From sequence record SRR22947727_339: a stretch of 43,292 nucleotides of DNA; one strand, given 5' to 3'. The translations under genes were made by a program, and so were the position numbers. The notes under the pieces were generated by a model that searched no databases, was not told where the DNA came from, and worked only from the letters and a program-made list of their open reading frames with translations. Of the stretch, positions 20,886 through 30,904 are shown piece by piece (position 1 is the stretch's first letter; every line of letters starts with the position of its first letter).

Positions 20886-21773
20886 ATGAAAGCATCAAAA
20901 ATTGACGGCCGTATTTTTGCACAAAATTTAAGAAAAAAAGTGCAGCAAGCCGTTACACAACTACCTGAATCTCCTTCTCTGGCAGTAGTTCTTGTAGGTG
21001 AGGATCCCGCAAGCCAAGTGTACGTCGCTAGTAAAGTCAAATTTACAGAGGAATGCGGAATGAACTCTATTGAGTATAAATTACCCGCCAATACCACAGA
21101 AACCAAAGTCGTCAATTTAGTTAAAAAACTAAATGATAATAATAAAGTTGACGGCATATTAGTTCAATTACCATTGCCAAAGGGGATAAATTCAGATAAC
21201 GTGATCAAAGAGATTCATCCTGACAAAGATGTTGATGGCTTAACAGAATCGTCTGCAGGAAGGCTTTCCCTCGGGAAATCTGGTTTGAGACCGTGCACGC
21301 CTACAGGATGCGTAATGTTAGCAAAGGATGAAATTGGGGATTTATCTGGAAAGCATTGTGTTGTTCTAGGACGCTCAATACTCGTAGGCAAACCCGCTGC
21401 TCTTCTGTTTTTAGAGCAAAATTGCACAGTCACAATAGCGCACTCACGAACAAAAAATTTAAAAGCCGTTTGCAAAAGTGCAGATATACTAATTGCAGCC
21501 GTAGGGCGGCCTCAAATGGTTCAGGACAGCTGGATAAAAAAAGGGGCCTGCATAATCGATGTAGGAATTAACAGAGTACCTAGTGTTAAGAGGCCAGGAA
21601 AAACAAGGTTAGTTGGAGACGTAGATTATTCTAATGCTAAAGAAATAGCTGGGTCGATAACACCTGTACCTGGCGGAGTAGGCCCGATGACCATAGCTTG
21701 CCTACTAAGAAATACAGTCATAGCCGCTTGCTCAAGAAGAGGCTGGGAAGCACCCACTATACTTGATTTTTAG
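20886..21773 (+). CDS. folD: Bifunctional methylenetetrahydrofolate dehydrogenase/cyclohydrolase
   Basis: 'IDG', 'DPASQVYV..K', 'GILVQLPLP', 'KDVDG', 'PCTP', 'DVGINR', '[10 protein letters not shown]'; start taken at ATG 20886. Confidence 0.97.
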   Translation: MKASKIDGRIFAQNLRKKVQQAVTQLPESPSLAVVLVGEDPASQVYVASKVKFTEECGMNSIEYKLPANTTETKVVNLVKKLNDNNKVDGILVQLPLPKGINSDNVIKEIHPDKDVDGLTESSAGRLSLGKSGLRPCTPTGCVMLAKDEIGDLSGKHCVVLGRSILVGKPAALLFLEQNCTVTIAHSRTKNLKAVCKSADILIAAVGRPQMVQDSWIKKGACIIDVGINRVPSVKRPGKTRLVGDVDYSNAKEIAGSITPVPGGVGPMTIACLLRNTVIAACSRRGWEAPTILDF

Positions 21774-21800
21774 ATTAGCCAAAATAACGCAAAATTCTCT

Positions 21801-23240
21801 TTAATGAAATTTAGATAGAAGTTCTGCAATTTTTTTTGTGCGATTACTAAAGAGGATTTTTGTATAAAATCTTGAGGAAGCCCTTTTTACAGCTTCAGAC
21901 CTTGTTGGATAAGGTGAAATAATTTTAGCGAGCCCAGAAATTTTAATATTATTGACCATCGCCATACTTATTAAATGAATCATCTCTCCCGCCTGCTCGC
22001 CGATAATAGAACCCCCTAAAATCTTTCCCTTACTATCAGCTATTATTTTAACTCCTCCGAGAGTTGAAAGTTCAGAGATGGCTCTATCATTTTCATTAAA
22101 GCTCCAAGTTAAACACTTAATCTTCAAGGATAATTTTTCCGCTTTATCTTCAGTTAATCCAATACTCGCGAATTCTGGCTCAGAATAAATAACTGAAGGC
22201 ATCGATGATATATTAGCTTTTGCCAAAAAATTACCCATAAACGGTGGAGAAAAGTAAAAGTTTTGAATTAGTTTTCCAGCATGATAACCAGCAGCATGAG
22301 TAAACCCTCCCATACCTTGAGTTACATCTCCAGCAGCATATATGCGCTTGTTGCTAGTTCTTAGACTCTTAGATACCTTTATGCCGGTGCGGTCATATAC
22401 AACGTTTGCTTTCTCAAGCCCTAGTTTTTTTATATTAGGGGATCTCCCAGCCGCTAAAAGCAAGTGACTTCCTTGTATAATTTTTCCATTCTCTAGTTCT
22501 ACCGATAACCCTGATTTATTTCTTTTTAGAGACTTTATTTTAACAGGATAATGAAAATTAATACCTTCTTTTTTTAACTCATCAATTAAGATATCGGAAT
22601 GACCTTTATCAAGATTTGCAAGGGGAGGTTGTGCATCAATCACATTAATATTTGAACCTAAACGACTAAATGCTTGTCCAAGTTCAAGGCCTATAGGGCC
22701 CGCTCCAATAATAATTAGTTTTTCGGGTAATTTATCGATAGTGAATATTGTCTCATTCGTCAAAAATGGAATATCATCTATACCGGGAATTGGAGGTATT
22801 GAAGCTTTCGATCCTGATGCAATCACAAACCTTTTAGCCGTTACAATTGCAGAGGGCGAGGTAACAGTCTTACGATTTTTAAACTCAGCATACTCACGAA
22901 TTACGGTGCACCCTAACCCTTCAAACCGTTCCTGACTATCTGCTGGAGCAATCCTGTTAATAGCATTATGCACATGTTGTTGAACCTCTTGGAACTTAAT
23001 GTTTGGTTTTTTTAAATCTACACCAAATGCTTTTGTTTTTTTAAAAATATGTGCTTTCTTACCTGCTGAAATCAAAGCTTTAGAAGGAATGCAGCCGTAG
23101 TTAAGACAATCACCGCCCATTTCGTTTGCTTCAAAAAGAACAACAGACCTACCTAATTGCGCCGCCCCTGACGCAACCGAAAGCCCGGCGGAACCTGCGC
23201 CTATTATGCAAATATCAACATTATATACTTTTTTATTCAT
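21801..23240 (-). CDS. Class I pyridine nucleotide-disulfide oxidoreductase (LpdA/MerA-like, no C-terminal Cys pair)
   Basis: 'IIGAGSAG', redox-active 'GGDCLNYGCIPSK', 'IIGAGPIGLE', 'YAAGDV', 'SPYPTRSE'. Confidence 0.9.
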   Translation of the reverse strand: MNKKVYNVDICIIGAGSAGLSVASGAAQLGRSVVLFEANEMGGDCLNYGCIPSKALISAGKKAHIFKKTKAFGVDLKKPNIKFQEVQQHVHNAINRIAPADSQERFEGLGCTVIREYAEFKNRKTVTSPSAIVTAKRFVIASGSKASIPPIPGIDDIPFLTNETIFTIDKLPEKLIIIGAGPIGLELGQAFSRLGSNINVIDAQPPLANLDKGHSDILIDELKKEGINFHYPVKIKSLKRNKSGLSVELENGKIIQGSHLLLAAGRSPNIKKLGLEKANVVYDRTGIKVSKSLRTSNKRIYAAGDVTQGMGGFTHAAGYHAGKLIQNFYFSPPFMGNFLAKANISSMPSVIYSEPEFASIGLTEDKAEKLSLKIKCLTWSFNENDRAISELSTLGGVKIIADSKGKILGGSIIGEQAGEMIHLISMAMVNNIKISGLAKIISPYPTRSEAVKRASSRFYTKILFSNRTKKIAELLSKFH

Positions 23241-23276
23241 ATGACCCTTAAAAAGCTTTCTTAAAATTAAGTTAGT

Positions 23277-24005
23277 TTATTTTTTTAAATACTTATAAAC
23301 GACAGGCATTAAAGCAAGTAGTGAAAGAACGAAAAATGCAGGAAAAAAGTTTTTTCCTGCATTCTGTATGAGAAGTGACACATCTAATGACTGACCGCTT
23401 GCGGATGCATCCAATAAAGTATCACGTAATCCTGTACCAATTAATGTGTATGCTAGAGTTCCCGGAATAATACCAAATAATGTTGATATAAAATAATGAC
23501 TAAATCTGGCTCCCAAGAGAGCTGGTGCAATGTTTACGACAGCAAAAGGAAAAAGCGGAATTAGGCGAAGAGAGAAAAGGTAGGATAAAGAGTTCTCTTT
23601 AAATCCATTTTCCATTTTTTTTAAAAATGGCCCCGCAGTATTTTGTAAAGCATTATTGAAAGAGTACTTAGTAAGCATGAATAGTATACAAGCCCCTGCA
23701 GTAGCGCTGATAACAGTTGTAGGAACACCTAAAATAGTTCCAAATAAAAATCCGCCCATAATTGTGAGTGCACTTGCAGGGATCATGAATGCAGTTGAAA
23801 GAATATAAATAATAACGAAACCACTGAAAGTTAACCAAAAATTATTTTCTACAAGATTGTTTAAATCCATCGCATACAGACCTAGTGAACTTGGTGTAAG
23901 ATATTGATCCCATCCTTGGTAAAGCGCAAAAAGTAATCCTGATATTAGAGCATAAATTGGCCATATCTTTAAAAAAAAGGATCTTTGGTTTTTACTTTTA
24001 TTCAT
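23277..24005 (-). CDS. TVP38/TMEM64 (VTT/DedA superfamily) membrane protein
   Basis: 'IP..ALTIMGGFLFG', 'SATAGA', 'LRLIPLFPFAVVN', 'GIIPGT'. Confidence 0.92.
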   Translation of the reverse strand: MNKSKNQRSFFLKIWPIYALISGLLFALYQGWDQYLTPSSLGLYAMDLNNLVENNFWLTFSGFVIIYILSTAFMIPASALTIMGGFLFGTILGVPTTVISATAGACILFMLTKYSFNNALQNTAGPFLKKMENGFKENSLSYLFSLRLIPLFPFAVVNIAPALLGARFSHYFISTLFGIIPGTLAYTLIGTGLRDTLLDASASGQSLDVSLLIQNAGKNFFPAFFVLSLLALMPVVYKYLKK

Positions 24006-24010
24006 GACAT

Positions 24011-24838
24011 CTAATTGTCTGTTGCATCATTTAGAGTCCAGTCATAATTATATGATTTAATTTTCACGCCCTTTTCTATAGCATTTTTTAAATCTTTGTT
24101 TGCATGCTTTAAAATATGATCGAGCACACCCCCTTCATTTTCAAAATCTTCTTTGAACCATTTATAAATCGATGAGAGCTGTAATTCATTTTTTTTAAAA
24201 GTAACTCCACGTGAAGAGTTTATGAATTCAGCAGCAGCTCTTAGTTGATCGGCCTCTAAAGTCTCACCTTTCCATGGAGTGGCTTGGAGGTTTGGACAGC
24301 TAATAGATGCACAATTGAGCATATAATGGATATATGGTGATAAATATTGGGATCTCAATATTTTATGCTCTATATCATCAAGACTAACTAATTCACCATT
24401 TAATTTTATAATTTTTCGCTTCCAAGGGCCTGAATTAAAAGGTCCAAGTTTACGTATAGATTTAATTGGGTAATTTTTTATGACTATCCTTACAACAGTC
24501 GCGTTGTATAAATTCGCATAAAAGGCTATAGCATCATTTCTTGATAACAAAATAGGATCTACAGATTTAAGCTTACTTAAATAATTATCTAATAATATTT
24601 GATCCTCAAAGTTCTCAGCTAATTTAGCATAATTAAATAAATTTACACCTTCGATAGCATTTTTCACTAAATAACGTTCAAGAATTAAATACCAATCATC
24701 TTGTATATTAGTATTTATTTCATTTCCGATTTCTTGTTGATAGTTTAAATTTTTTTCTAAATTGAAAGCCATTACCTCAAAAGCATGAACTACAAAAAAG
24801 ATAAAAACAAATTTAAGGTATTTAATTTTTTTGCTCAT
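24011..24838 (-). CDS. DUF547 domain secreted protein
   Basis: Signal peptide; 'AFYANLYNA', 'SLDDIEH.ILR', 'IHYMLNCASISCP', 'LSSIYKWF..DF', 'YDWTLN'. Confidence 0.9.
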   Translation of the reverse strand: MSKKIKYLKFVFIFFVVHAFEVMAFNLEKNLNYQQEIGNEINTNIQDDWYLILERYLVKNAIEGVNLFNYAKLAENFEDQILLDNYLSKLKSVDPILLSRNDAIAFYANLYNATVVRIVIKNYPIKSIRKLGPFNSGPWKRKIIKLNGELVSLDDIEHKILRSQYLSPYIHYMLNCASISCPNLQATPWKGETLEADQLRAAAEFINSSRGVTFKKNELQLSSIYKWFKEDFENEGGVLDHILKHANKDLKNAIEKGVKIKSYNYDWTLNDATDN

Positions 24839-24878
24839 ATATCAAACAATACAAATCCATTGAAGTATAAATTATTTG

Positions 24879-25838
24879 CTATTTATTGTATTTGTTAATC
24901 TTACGAATCTCTACAGCAGGATTGCCAAAAACATAGGAGTTCTCTTTTACAGGCTTTGTAACAACAGACCCTAAACCAATCATTGAATTTTTTCCTATAC
25001 GTAATTTATTTAAAATTTTCGCACCAGGGGCCACCCAGCACCTTGTTCCCATACTCACACTACCAGCAATAACAACTTGAGGTGCAATAAAACAATGGTC
25101 GCCGACTTCACAATTATGGCCAATATTTACTTGGTTTCCAATCATAACTCCAACTCCAATTTTAGTGTCTTTTAAGGAACCCGCTACAATGATACTTTGT
25201 GATCCTATTATAGTATCCATGCCTATAACTACACGACCCAGATGGGGTAGGGTTAATTGTTTACCTTCTTGATTACGCTCTATGGCCTGACCAGGCACTC
25301 CAATAACTGAGTTGGCACGGATTATTGTATTTTCACCTATTACTGAACGACCGGTTAACATAACACCATGATGCAAAATAGCATTATTATGAACTTTACA
25401 TCCCTTTTCAACACTCACGAAAGGGCCAATATAAATATTATCGCCTAATACTACATCAGTGGCAATAAATGATAGCTTGTGAATTCCTTGCCTTGAACGC
25501 TCTTCATCTCGAAATAATGCGCGTACAGCTTGAAAAAAATAATGACGTGGTTTTTCAACTTCTACAATACTATAAGGCAATAATCTATGAGATTGAGTAT
25601 CATTATGTTCTCGCTTAGATTTTTTTATAATTAAAATCGCACCATCAGGTATATTGAAATTCGAAAGTGTTTTGGTCAAAGAAAAATTTGAAAAACTGAG
25701 AATAGACTTACCTGACTCTGAAATTGGTGCAACAGCACGTATGGATGCTCCGTTATCACATAGCGGGATAGCTTCACTTTCCCCTATAAGAGAAATTAAC
25801 TCAGCCAGTTCTAGAGGGGCTGAAGTTTCAAAGAGCAT
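24879..25838 (-). CDS. LpxD-like ACP-dependent N-acyltransferase (left-handed beta-helix), diverged paralog
   Basis: LpxD-like N-domain ('VEKPRHYF'), hexapeptide repeats, 'PHLGRVVIG', 'DTKIG', 'NQVNIGHNCEVG' retaining the catalytic His position, 'VFGNPA'. Confidence 0.8.
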   Translation of the reverse strand: MLFETSAPLELAELISLIGESEAIPLCDNGASIRAVAPISESGKSILSFSNFSLTKTLSNFNIPDGAILIIKKSKREHNDTQSHRLLPYSIVEVEKPRHYFFQAVRALFRDEERSRQGIHKLSFIATDVVLGDNIYIGPFVSVEKGCKVHNNAILHHGVMLTGRSVIGENTIIRANSVIGVPGQAIERNQEGKQLTLPHLGRVVIGMDTIIGSQSIIVAGSLKDTKIGVGVMIGNQVNIGHNCEVGDHCFIAPQVVIAGSVSMGTRCWVAPGAKILNKLRIGKNSMIGLGSVVTKPVKENSYVFGNPAVEIRKINKYNK

Positions 25839-25841
25839 GGT

Positions 25842-26084
25842 TTACTTACTTTGAGATTCTAAAAAAACTAAAAAATCACCCAATGTCTTTAAATCCTGAA
25901 GTTCATCATCTGATATTTTTATACCTAAATTTTCTTCTATACTAAGTAAAAAATTTACCATATCTAAACTATCCAGTCCTGCATCATATAGATCGTCACT
26001 ATTTTTCAATCCTTCAGCCTCAAACATTGGGGATGCTTCAATTAGATATTCAATCAGTGAATCTCTTAAATTAATTCCAGTCAT
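25842..26084 (-). CDS. Acyl carrier protein, pathway-specific
   Basis: Acidic 80 aa protein with phosphopantetheine site 'GLDSLD' and 'IEENLGIKISD'. Confidence 0.93.
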   Translation of the reverse strand: MTGINLRDSLIEYLIEASPMFEAEGLKNSDDLYDAGLDSLDMVNFLLSIEENLGIKISDDELQDLKTLGDFLVFLESQSK

Positions 26085-26085
26085 A

Positions 26086-27024
26086 TCATTTCCTTTTTAG
26101 GATTGCGCTTGCATAAGAAAATCCCACACCAAAGCCACATATAAGCACGCATTTTATATTTTTATCGCCTTCTATATCATTTAAAAGTAAAGGTATAGTT
26201 GAAGATATAGAATTTCCTAAGTTTTCTATATTAATTGGCACTTTTTCAGGCGGCAAATTTAATCGACGAGTTAATGCATTGACAATATATTTACTGCCTT
26301 GGTGGAGTAAAAATTTATCTATATTGTCTTTAGCTATACCTGTTTCCTTCAGCAAAGAAGTAATTTCGTTAGGTATTCGTTTTGCCGCAAAATTAAAAAC
26401 ATCACGACCATTCATAAACAGTTCACGCGACTCATTAATACATAAAGAATCGGACCCACTACCCTCACTTCCATAACGACCACCTATTAATTGCCAACCT
26501 GTATCTACATCGTTAGTAACATATGTAGCACAGGCCGCATCTCCAAAAATTAAAACTGTATTTCGGTCATCTTCTCGTACGGTTTTTGAATAAGGGTCTG
26601 CTGTTATTAAAACACCATTTTTTGCACCAATGGCTTGCATAAACCCTGTTATAGCGGCCAGGCCATAAACATAACCAGAGCAACCGAGTGATATATCAAA
26701 AGTTGCACATGTATTTGGTAATCCCATTTTCTCATGCACAATGGCCGATGTATGAGGTAAACCGTAAGAATCTGGATGCTGAGTTATAACTATCATTACA
26801 TCAAGACTTTGCAAATCTATACCTTTGGTTTGTAAATTACGAAGAGCATTTACCGCCATATCTGATGTCTCCTCGTCTGCTTTTTTACGAAGAACCGAGC
26901 AAGTACCAATTTTATTTTCTAAAAATAATATATTTGTACCAAGATCCGAGGCTCGAGGTGCATTCTCCAAGACTCTAGTTGGTTTGTAAATACCAATAGG
27001 GCCAAATGTATAATGATTTACCAT
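26086..27024 (-). CDS. 3-oxoacyl-ACP synthase III (FabH-like), pathway-specific
   Basis: Cys-His-Asn triad in 'LGCSGYVYGL', 'LHQGS', 'LGNSISSTIP'; also 'IFGDAA', 'MNGRDVF', 'GFGVG'; strong AGGGAG RBS. Confidence 0.93.
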   Translation of the reverse strand: MVNHYTFGPIGIYKPTRVLENAPRASDLGTNILFLENKIGTCSVLRKKADEETSDMAVNALRNLQTKGIDLQSLDVMIVITQHPDSYGLPHTSAIVHEKMGLPNTCATFDISLGCSGYVYGLAAITGFMQAIGAKNGVLITADPYSKTVREDDRNTVLIFGDAACATYVTNDVDTGWQLIGGRYGSEGSGSDSLCINESRELFMNGRDVFNFAAKRIPNEITSLLKETGIAKDNIDKFLLHQGSKYIVNALTRRLNLPPEKVPINIENLGNSISSTIPLLLNDIEGDKNIKCVLICGFGVGFSYASAILKRK

Positions 27025-27061
27025 AAGAACCTCTCCCTAAACATTTTCTCAATAATTTTAT

Positions 27062-27709
27062 TTATGTTTTATAAAAGTAAATACGGCCAGCCAAGTCATT
27101 AACACTATCAACCCCTACATCGGTGATAGACCCTAGACCATCTTTTAAAATTATACTCGTATTTGTTAATATAAGCTTAGGCTTAGCCTTATGATAAAGC
27201 AAAGGTAGTTGCAATCGAGTAGCAAGCCATTTGCAATCTTTATCAACCACGTCTTGATGCCAAAACTTGACCATTGCGACAAATATTTGTGATAACGATA
27301 ATTGAATATTTTTCTTATAAATTGAACCCGTTTTGTTAATCTTAACATCTTGACGGAATGAATTTTCCATGTCTACCAAACGCTCTGTCTCCTCAAGGCC
27401 TGTAGAACGAAGTAAACCAAATAATCTTTTTTTGCCTTTAGTAGTTAAAATTATTTGCGCAACCATATTTTTATCTGCTAGAGGTCGGCTTTCTGATAAA
27501 TAAAGCTCGACTTTACTGTGTATTAATCGCTTAAAAACGATATCTAACATCACATCTTCTTTTTGAAATTCTTTCGTTCCCGTAAAATCATCACTTAGAA
27601 TAAAGTCACAAACTGCGTCCCAAACATTAGCACTTTGAAGATAAGGGCGATCACCTTTAAATGGAATCGTTAGTGTAACCCAATCCAAACCAGTCAATTT
27701 AAACTCCAA
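27062..27709 (-). CDS. Hypothetical protein in the ACP/KAS III module
   Basis: 215-aa ORF filling the gap between the GT and the KAS III gene on the same strand; TTG start uncertain; motif-like 'FKGDRPYLQSANVWD'. Confidence 0.65.
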   Translation of the reverse strand: MEFKLTGLDWVTLTIPFKGDRPYLQSANVWDAVCDFILSDDFTGTKEFQKEDVMLDIVFKRLIHSKVELYLSESRPLADKNMVAQIILTTKGKKRLFGLLRSTGLEETERLVDMENSFRQDVKINKTGSIYKKNIQLSLSQIFVAMVKFWHQDVVDKDCKWLATRLQLPLLYHKAKPKLILTNTSIILKDGLGSITDVGVDSVNDLAGRIYFYKT

Positions 27710-27764
27710 ATAATTTTCTACTGCGCCAGTCAGACATAATGTTTTTTATCAAAAAAAACAGCAC

Positions 27765-29483
27765 TTATTTTAATAAATTAGCATAAAGCTTATTTAATCT
27801 GGTCACTTGTGCTAACCAGCCAAACTCATCATTAAGTTTTTGGGAAGCAATTTTGGAGCTAATTTTATCACTACGCTTAATTACATCTCTTATCACTTTA
27901 GCAATATCCTCAGGGTTTTCTTGTTCAACCAAAGCGCCTAAACTTCGTTCTTTTACTAATTCGGCCATTTCAATGATATCACGACCAATTAGAATAGGAA
28001 TATTTGCCATCATAGATTCAAAAAATTTATTGGGTAGCGCATAGATATAACTTAAACCAATATTTTGAGTGGGCATTACAGAAAAGTTAGCAGTTCGAAT
28101 GTAGTCCAACAAGAACTTTTGTTCCATTGGCCCCACCATGTGAAATCTATCAGCTATGCCTAGTTGCTTCACAAGGTTGATGAAATCTACCTCAGCCTTC
28201 GCTGTTCTTGGCCCGCAAACTACAAAATGCAAGTCTGGAATTTGGGCCACCGCTTCTAAGAAGAATGGTAAACCTCGTGTTATTTTTAAGCCTCCTACAT
28301 AAAGCCCTAATGGTGTATCTTTGGAAACACCAATATCATCGCGCAACTTTGTCGGTGCAGTCTCTGCTACTGAGATATCAGGAGTGTTATAAATAACAAC
28401 AGGTAAAGATACTCCGTGCACACGTTTAATTTCTTTTGCAAGACCGTGTGAAACCGTAATAATTGCATCAGCTTTTTTTGCAAAAAAACCTTCAAATACC
28501 TTAATTTCTTTTTTCCAGCGCCTATGGGAAGGCTTATCCCTATCTGTTTCTAACTCGTGTGCATCGTAAATCAATTTGGCCGAAGTATCTTCGGCAAGAA
28601 ATACACCAACTGGGACATTCACCAAATCGTGAGCATGGATTAAATCCGGAGCAAACGCGATAATTCGTTCCCGCACGGATTCATATATTCGAGCAGATCT
28701 GAACTTGGTAATACGGTAGACATAGGCTTCATCGGATTTATCACGTAACAGAAGCCCCAAAAGATAAGCATGAAGTCTTTTACTTTTTTTTGGTGCACTC
28801 TTATTAATAGTTTCAGCTTTTCTTTGCGCTGCATTTAAGGAAGGCTGCCCAAGTGAATGAAGCCAACGATCTATTAACACATAGGTTAAGGAGAAACCAA
28901 CTAAGATACTGAGTAAAAGCATCGGAATAAAGGAAATAATTCCAATGAAAAAAACAATGAAAAACAGGGAAGTGAACCACGAAAATTTTGCAAACCATAT
29001 GGAAAATTTAGTATATATACGAACGGGATACTCAAAAAAAACTCTTTTCAACTTCCGCAATCTTTTAACCCTTCGTGTTCCTTCCTTGTTAATATTCGTG
29101 AGTTTTTTATTATGGGCTTTGACGCTTGTTTTATAACGCTTTCTTAAAAAATCGACAGTATACTTGGTTAAATATGCTACAATAAGTAAAAAAGCAGTTA
29201 AGCAAAAATTAAACTTAGCAAAAAAACTACCCGGCATCTTGAACAGAAGTAGCTTTAAACTGATCCACTGGCTTTTTATATTTTGTGAATAGTATAAAGT
29301 CGACACCAAGTTGCGTTCATAGTTAACACCATTTATTTTACTATCCCCTATACTTTTACGTTTATCTCTGCAGAATACTCTAACTTCGTATCCAGCAGCT
29401 GCCATGGCTTCTGATGATCTGATGACACGATTATCTCTGATGCAATTATTATCTACAAGAACTGCTATTCTTTTCTTTTTCAT
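27765..29483 (-). CDS. GT4-family glycosyltransferase with a large internal hydrophobic/basic insertion
   Basis: 'DNRVIRSSEAMAAAGYEVRVF', 'PDLIHAHDL', 'IYDAHE', 'IITVS', 'VIYN', 'YVGGL...RG', 'ALPNKFFESM'. Confidence 0.9.
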   Translation of the reverse strand: MKKKRIAVLVDNNCIRDNRVIRSSEAMAAAGYEVRVFCRDKRKSIGDSKINGVNYERNLVSTLYYSQNIKSQWISLKLLLFKMPGSFFAKFNFCLTAFLLIVAYLTKYTVDFLRKRYKTSVKAHNKKLTNINKEGTRRVKRLRKLKRVFFEYPVRIYTKFSIWFAKFSWFTSLFFIVFFIGIISFIPMLLLSILVGFSLTYVLIDRWLHSLGQPSLNAAQRKAETINKSAPKKSKRLHAYLLGLLLRDKSDEAYVYRITKFRSARIYESVRERIIAFAPDLIHAHDLVNVPVGVFLAEDTSAKLIYDAHELETDRDKPSHRRWKKEIKVFEGFFAKKADAIITVSHGLAKEIKRVHGVSLPVVIYNTPDISVAETAPTKLRDDIGVSKDTPLGLYVGGLKITRGLPFFLEAVAQIPDLHFVVCGPRTAKAEVDFINLVKQLGIADRFHMVGPMEQKFLLDYIRTANFSVMPTQNIGLSYIYALPNKFFESMMANIPILIGRDIIEMAELVKERSLGALVEQENPEDIAKVIRDVIKRSDKISSKIASQKLNDEFGWLAQVTRLNKLYANLLK

Positions 29484-29560
29484 TATAATGCCTTACCGAT
29501 AAATACCATAGATGTTACAAACTTAATGATAATACTATTTATTCTTGTTCCAATAAAGAT

Positions 29561-30904
29561 TTAAGCTTTAACAATTCGTTCCGAATATTTATCGAAGATA
29601 CTTTTAGTTACATTTCGAGTATCAACCATTAGGGGAATAACTTTTACTATAGCTTCATAGTCTACATTTGTATGGCCAGTGGCAACAAGACAAGCATCAT
29701 AACTTTCAAAAGACTTTAAATCCCAACTAATAGAATTCATTCCTCCTAATTCAGGATGTTGACTATTAGGTGGAATTGTAGAAACAAAGGGATCATAGTA
29801 ATCCACTTCTGCTCCATGCTGACGCATAAGATTGATAAGCTCAAGAGAAGGGCTTTCACGCATATCATCAATATTTTTTTTATAGGCAATTCCAAGCAAA
29901 AGAACCTTTGAGGTTGCAAGCGCCTTTTTATTTCTTAAAGACATCTCTTCAAGAAGACGCGATACCACTCTATGAGGCATTCGCATATTTACTTCTCCAG
30001 CTAGTTCAATAAAACGAGTTGACACACCATACTGACGAGCCTTCCAAGTTAAATAATATGGGTCAATACGAATGCAGTGACCTCCTACACCAGGTCCCGG
30101 ATAAAACGGCATAAAACCAAAAGGCTTAGTTTTAGCAGCATCAACAACTTCCCAAATATCTATATCCATATGCTCAAAAATAACTTTTAACTCATTAACC
30201 ATAGCAATATTGACCCAACGAAATATATTTTCTACTAGCTTTGTCGCTTCAGCAGTACGGCTATTCGAAACCATCACAGTTTTAACAATAATATTATAAA
30301 GCTCATGCGCCATTGTACGTTCAACTTCACTATCCGCTCCAACAACTTTTGGAATCGTTGAAGTTTCAAAATCAGGGTTGCCTGGATCTTCGCGCTCTGG
30401 AGAATATGCAAGAGCAAAATCAGCACCTGACACTAAGCCAGATTCTTCAAGAATAGGCTTCATTATATCGGTTGTTGTCCCAGGATATGTTGTGGATTCT
30501 AAGATAATAATTTGTCCTGAGCGTAAAATCTGTTTTAATGTATGACATGTTTTTTCAACATAGGTCAGATTTGGTTGCAAATAATCATCAAGAGGAGTAG
30601 GTACACATATGAGAATTGCATCGACGGTTTCTAGTTCTTGATGATCTGTGGTGGCAGAAAACAAACCAGTGTGAAGTAAATTTTCGACACGTTCATTGGC
30701 TATATGTTTCATACCAGATTTTCCAGATAGTAAATCCTCTATCCTTTTATGTGAAATATCATACCCAATTATTTTTATGCCCTTGTTTATGAAAGCTTCC
30801 GCCAATGGTAGGCCAACATAACCTAGGCCTACTATACCAACAGTAAGCTTATTTGAGTTTATTTTTTTAAGAAAAATCTCTCTCATAAGTAATTTATTTG
30901 TCAT
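29561..30904 (-). CDS. UDP-N-acetylhexosamine 6-dehydrogenase (WbpA/WecC-type nucleotide-sugar dehydrogenase)
   Basis: 'GLGYVGLPLA', 'ICVPTP', 'ESTTYPGTT', 'SPEREDPGN', 'GVGGHCI.IDPYYL', 'AYKKNIDDMRESP'. Confidence 0.93.
   Translation of the reverse strand: MTNKLLMREIFLKKINSNKLTVGIVGLGYVGLPLAEAFINKGIKIIGYDISHKRIEDLLSGKSGMKHIANERVENLLHTGLFSATTDHQELETVDAILICVPTPLDDYLQPNLTYVEKTCHTLKQILRSGQIIILESTTYPGTTTDIMKPILEESGLVSGADFALAYSPEREDPGNPDFETSTIPKVVGADSEVERTMAHELYNIIVKTVMVSNSRTAEATKLVENIFRWVNIAMVNELKVIFEHMDIDIWEVVDAAKTKPFGFMPFYPGPGVGGHCIRIDPYYLTWKARQYGVSTRFIELAGEVNMRMPHRVVSRLLEEMSLRNKKALATSKVLLLGIAYKKNIDDMRESPSLELINLMRQHGAEVDYYDPFVSTIPPNSQHPELGGMNSISWDLKSFESYDACLVATGHTNVDYEAIVKVIPLMVDTRNVTKSIFDKYSERIVKA

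Noticed and set aside
21801-23240. Mercuric reductase MerA
   Set aside because: No C-terminal Cys-Cys, no N-terminal metal-binding domain, no merR/T/P nearby.
24879-25838. Housekeeping lpxD
   Set aside because: Not in the bamA/fabZ/lpxA context and substrate-binding motifs are diverged; treated as a paralog with no gene symbol.
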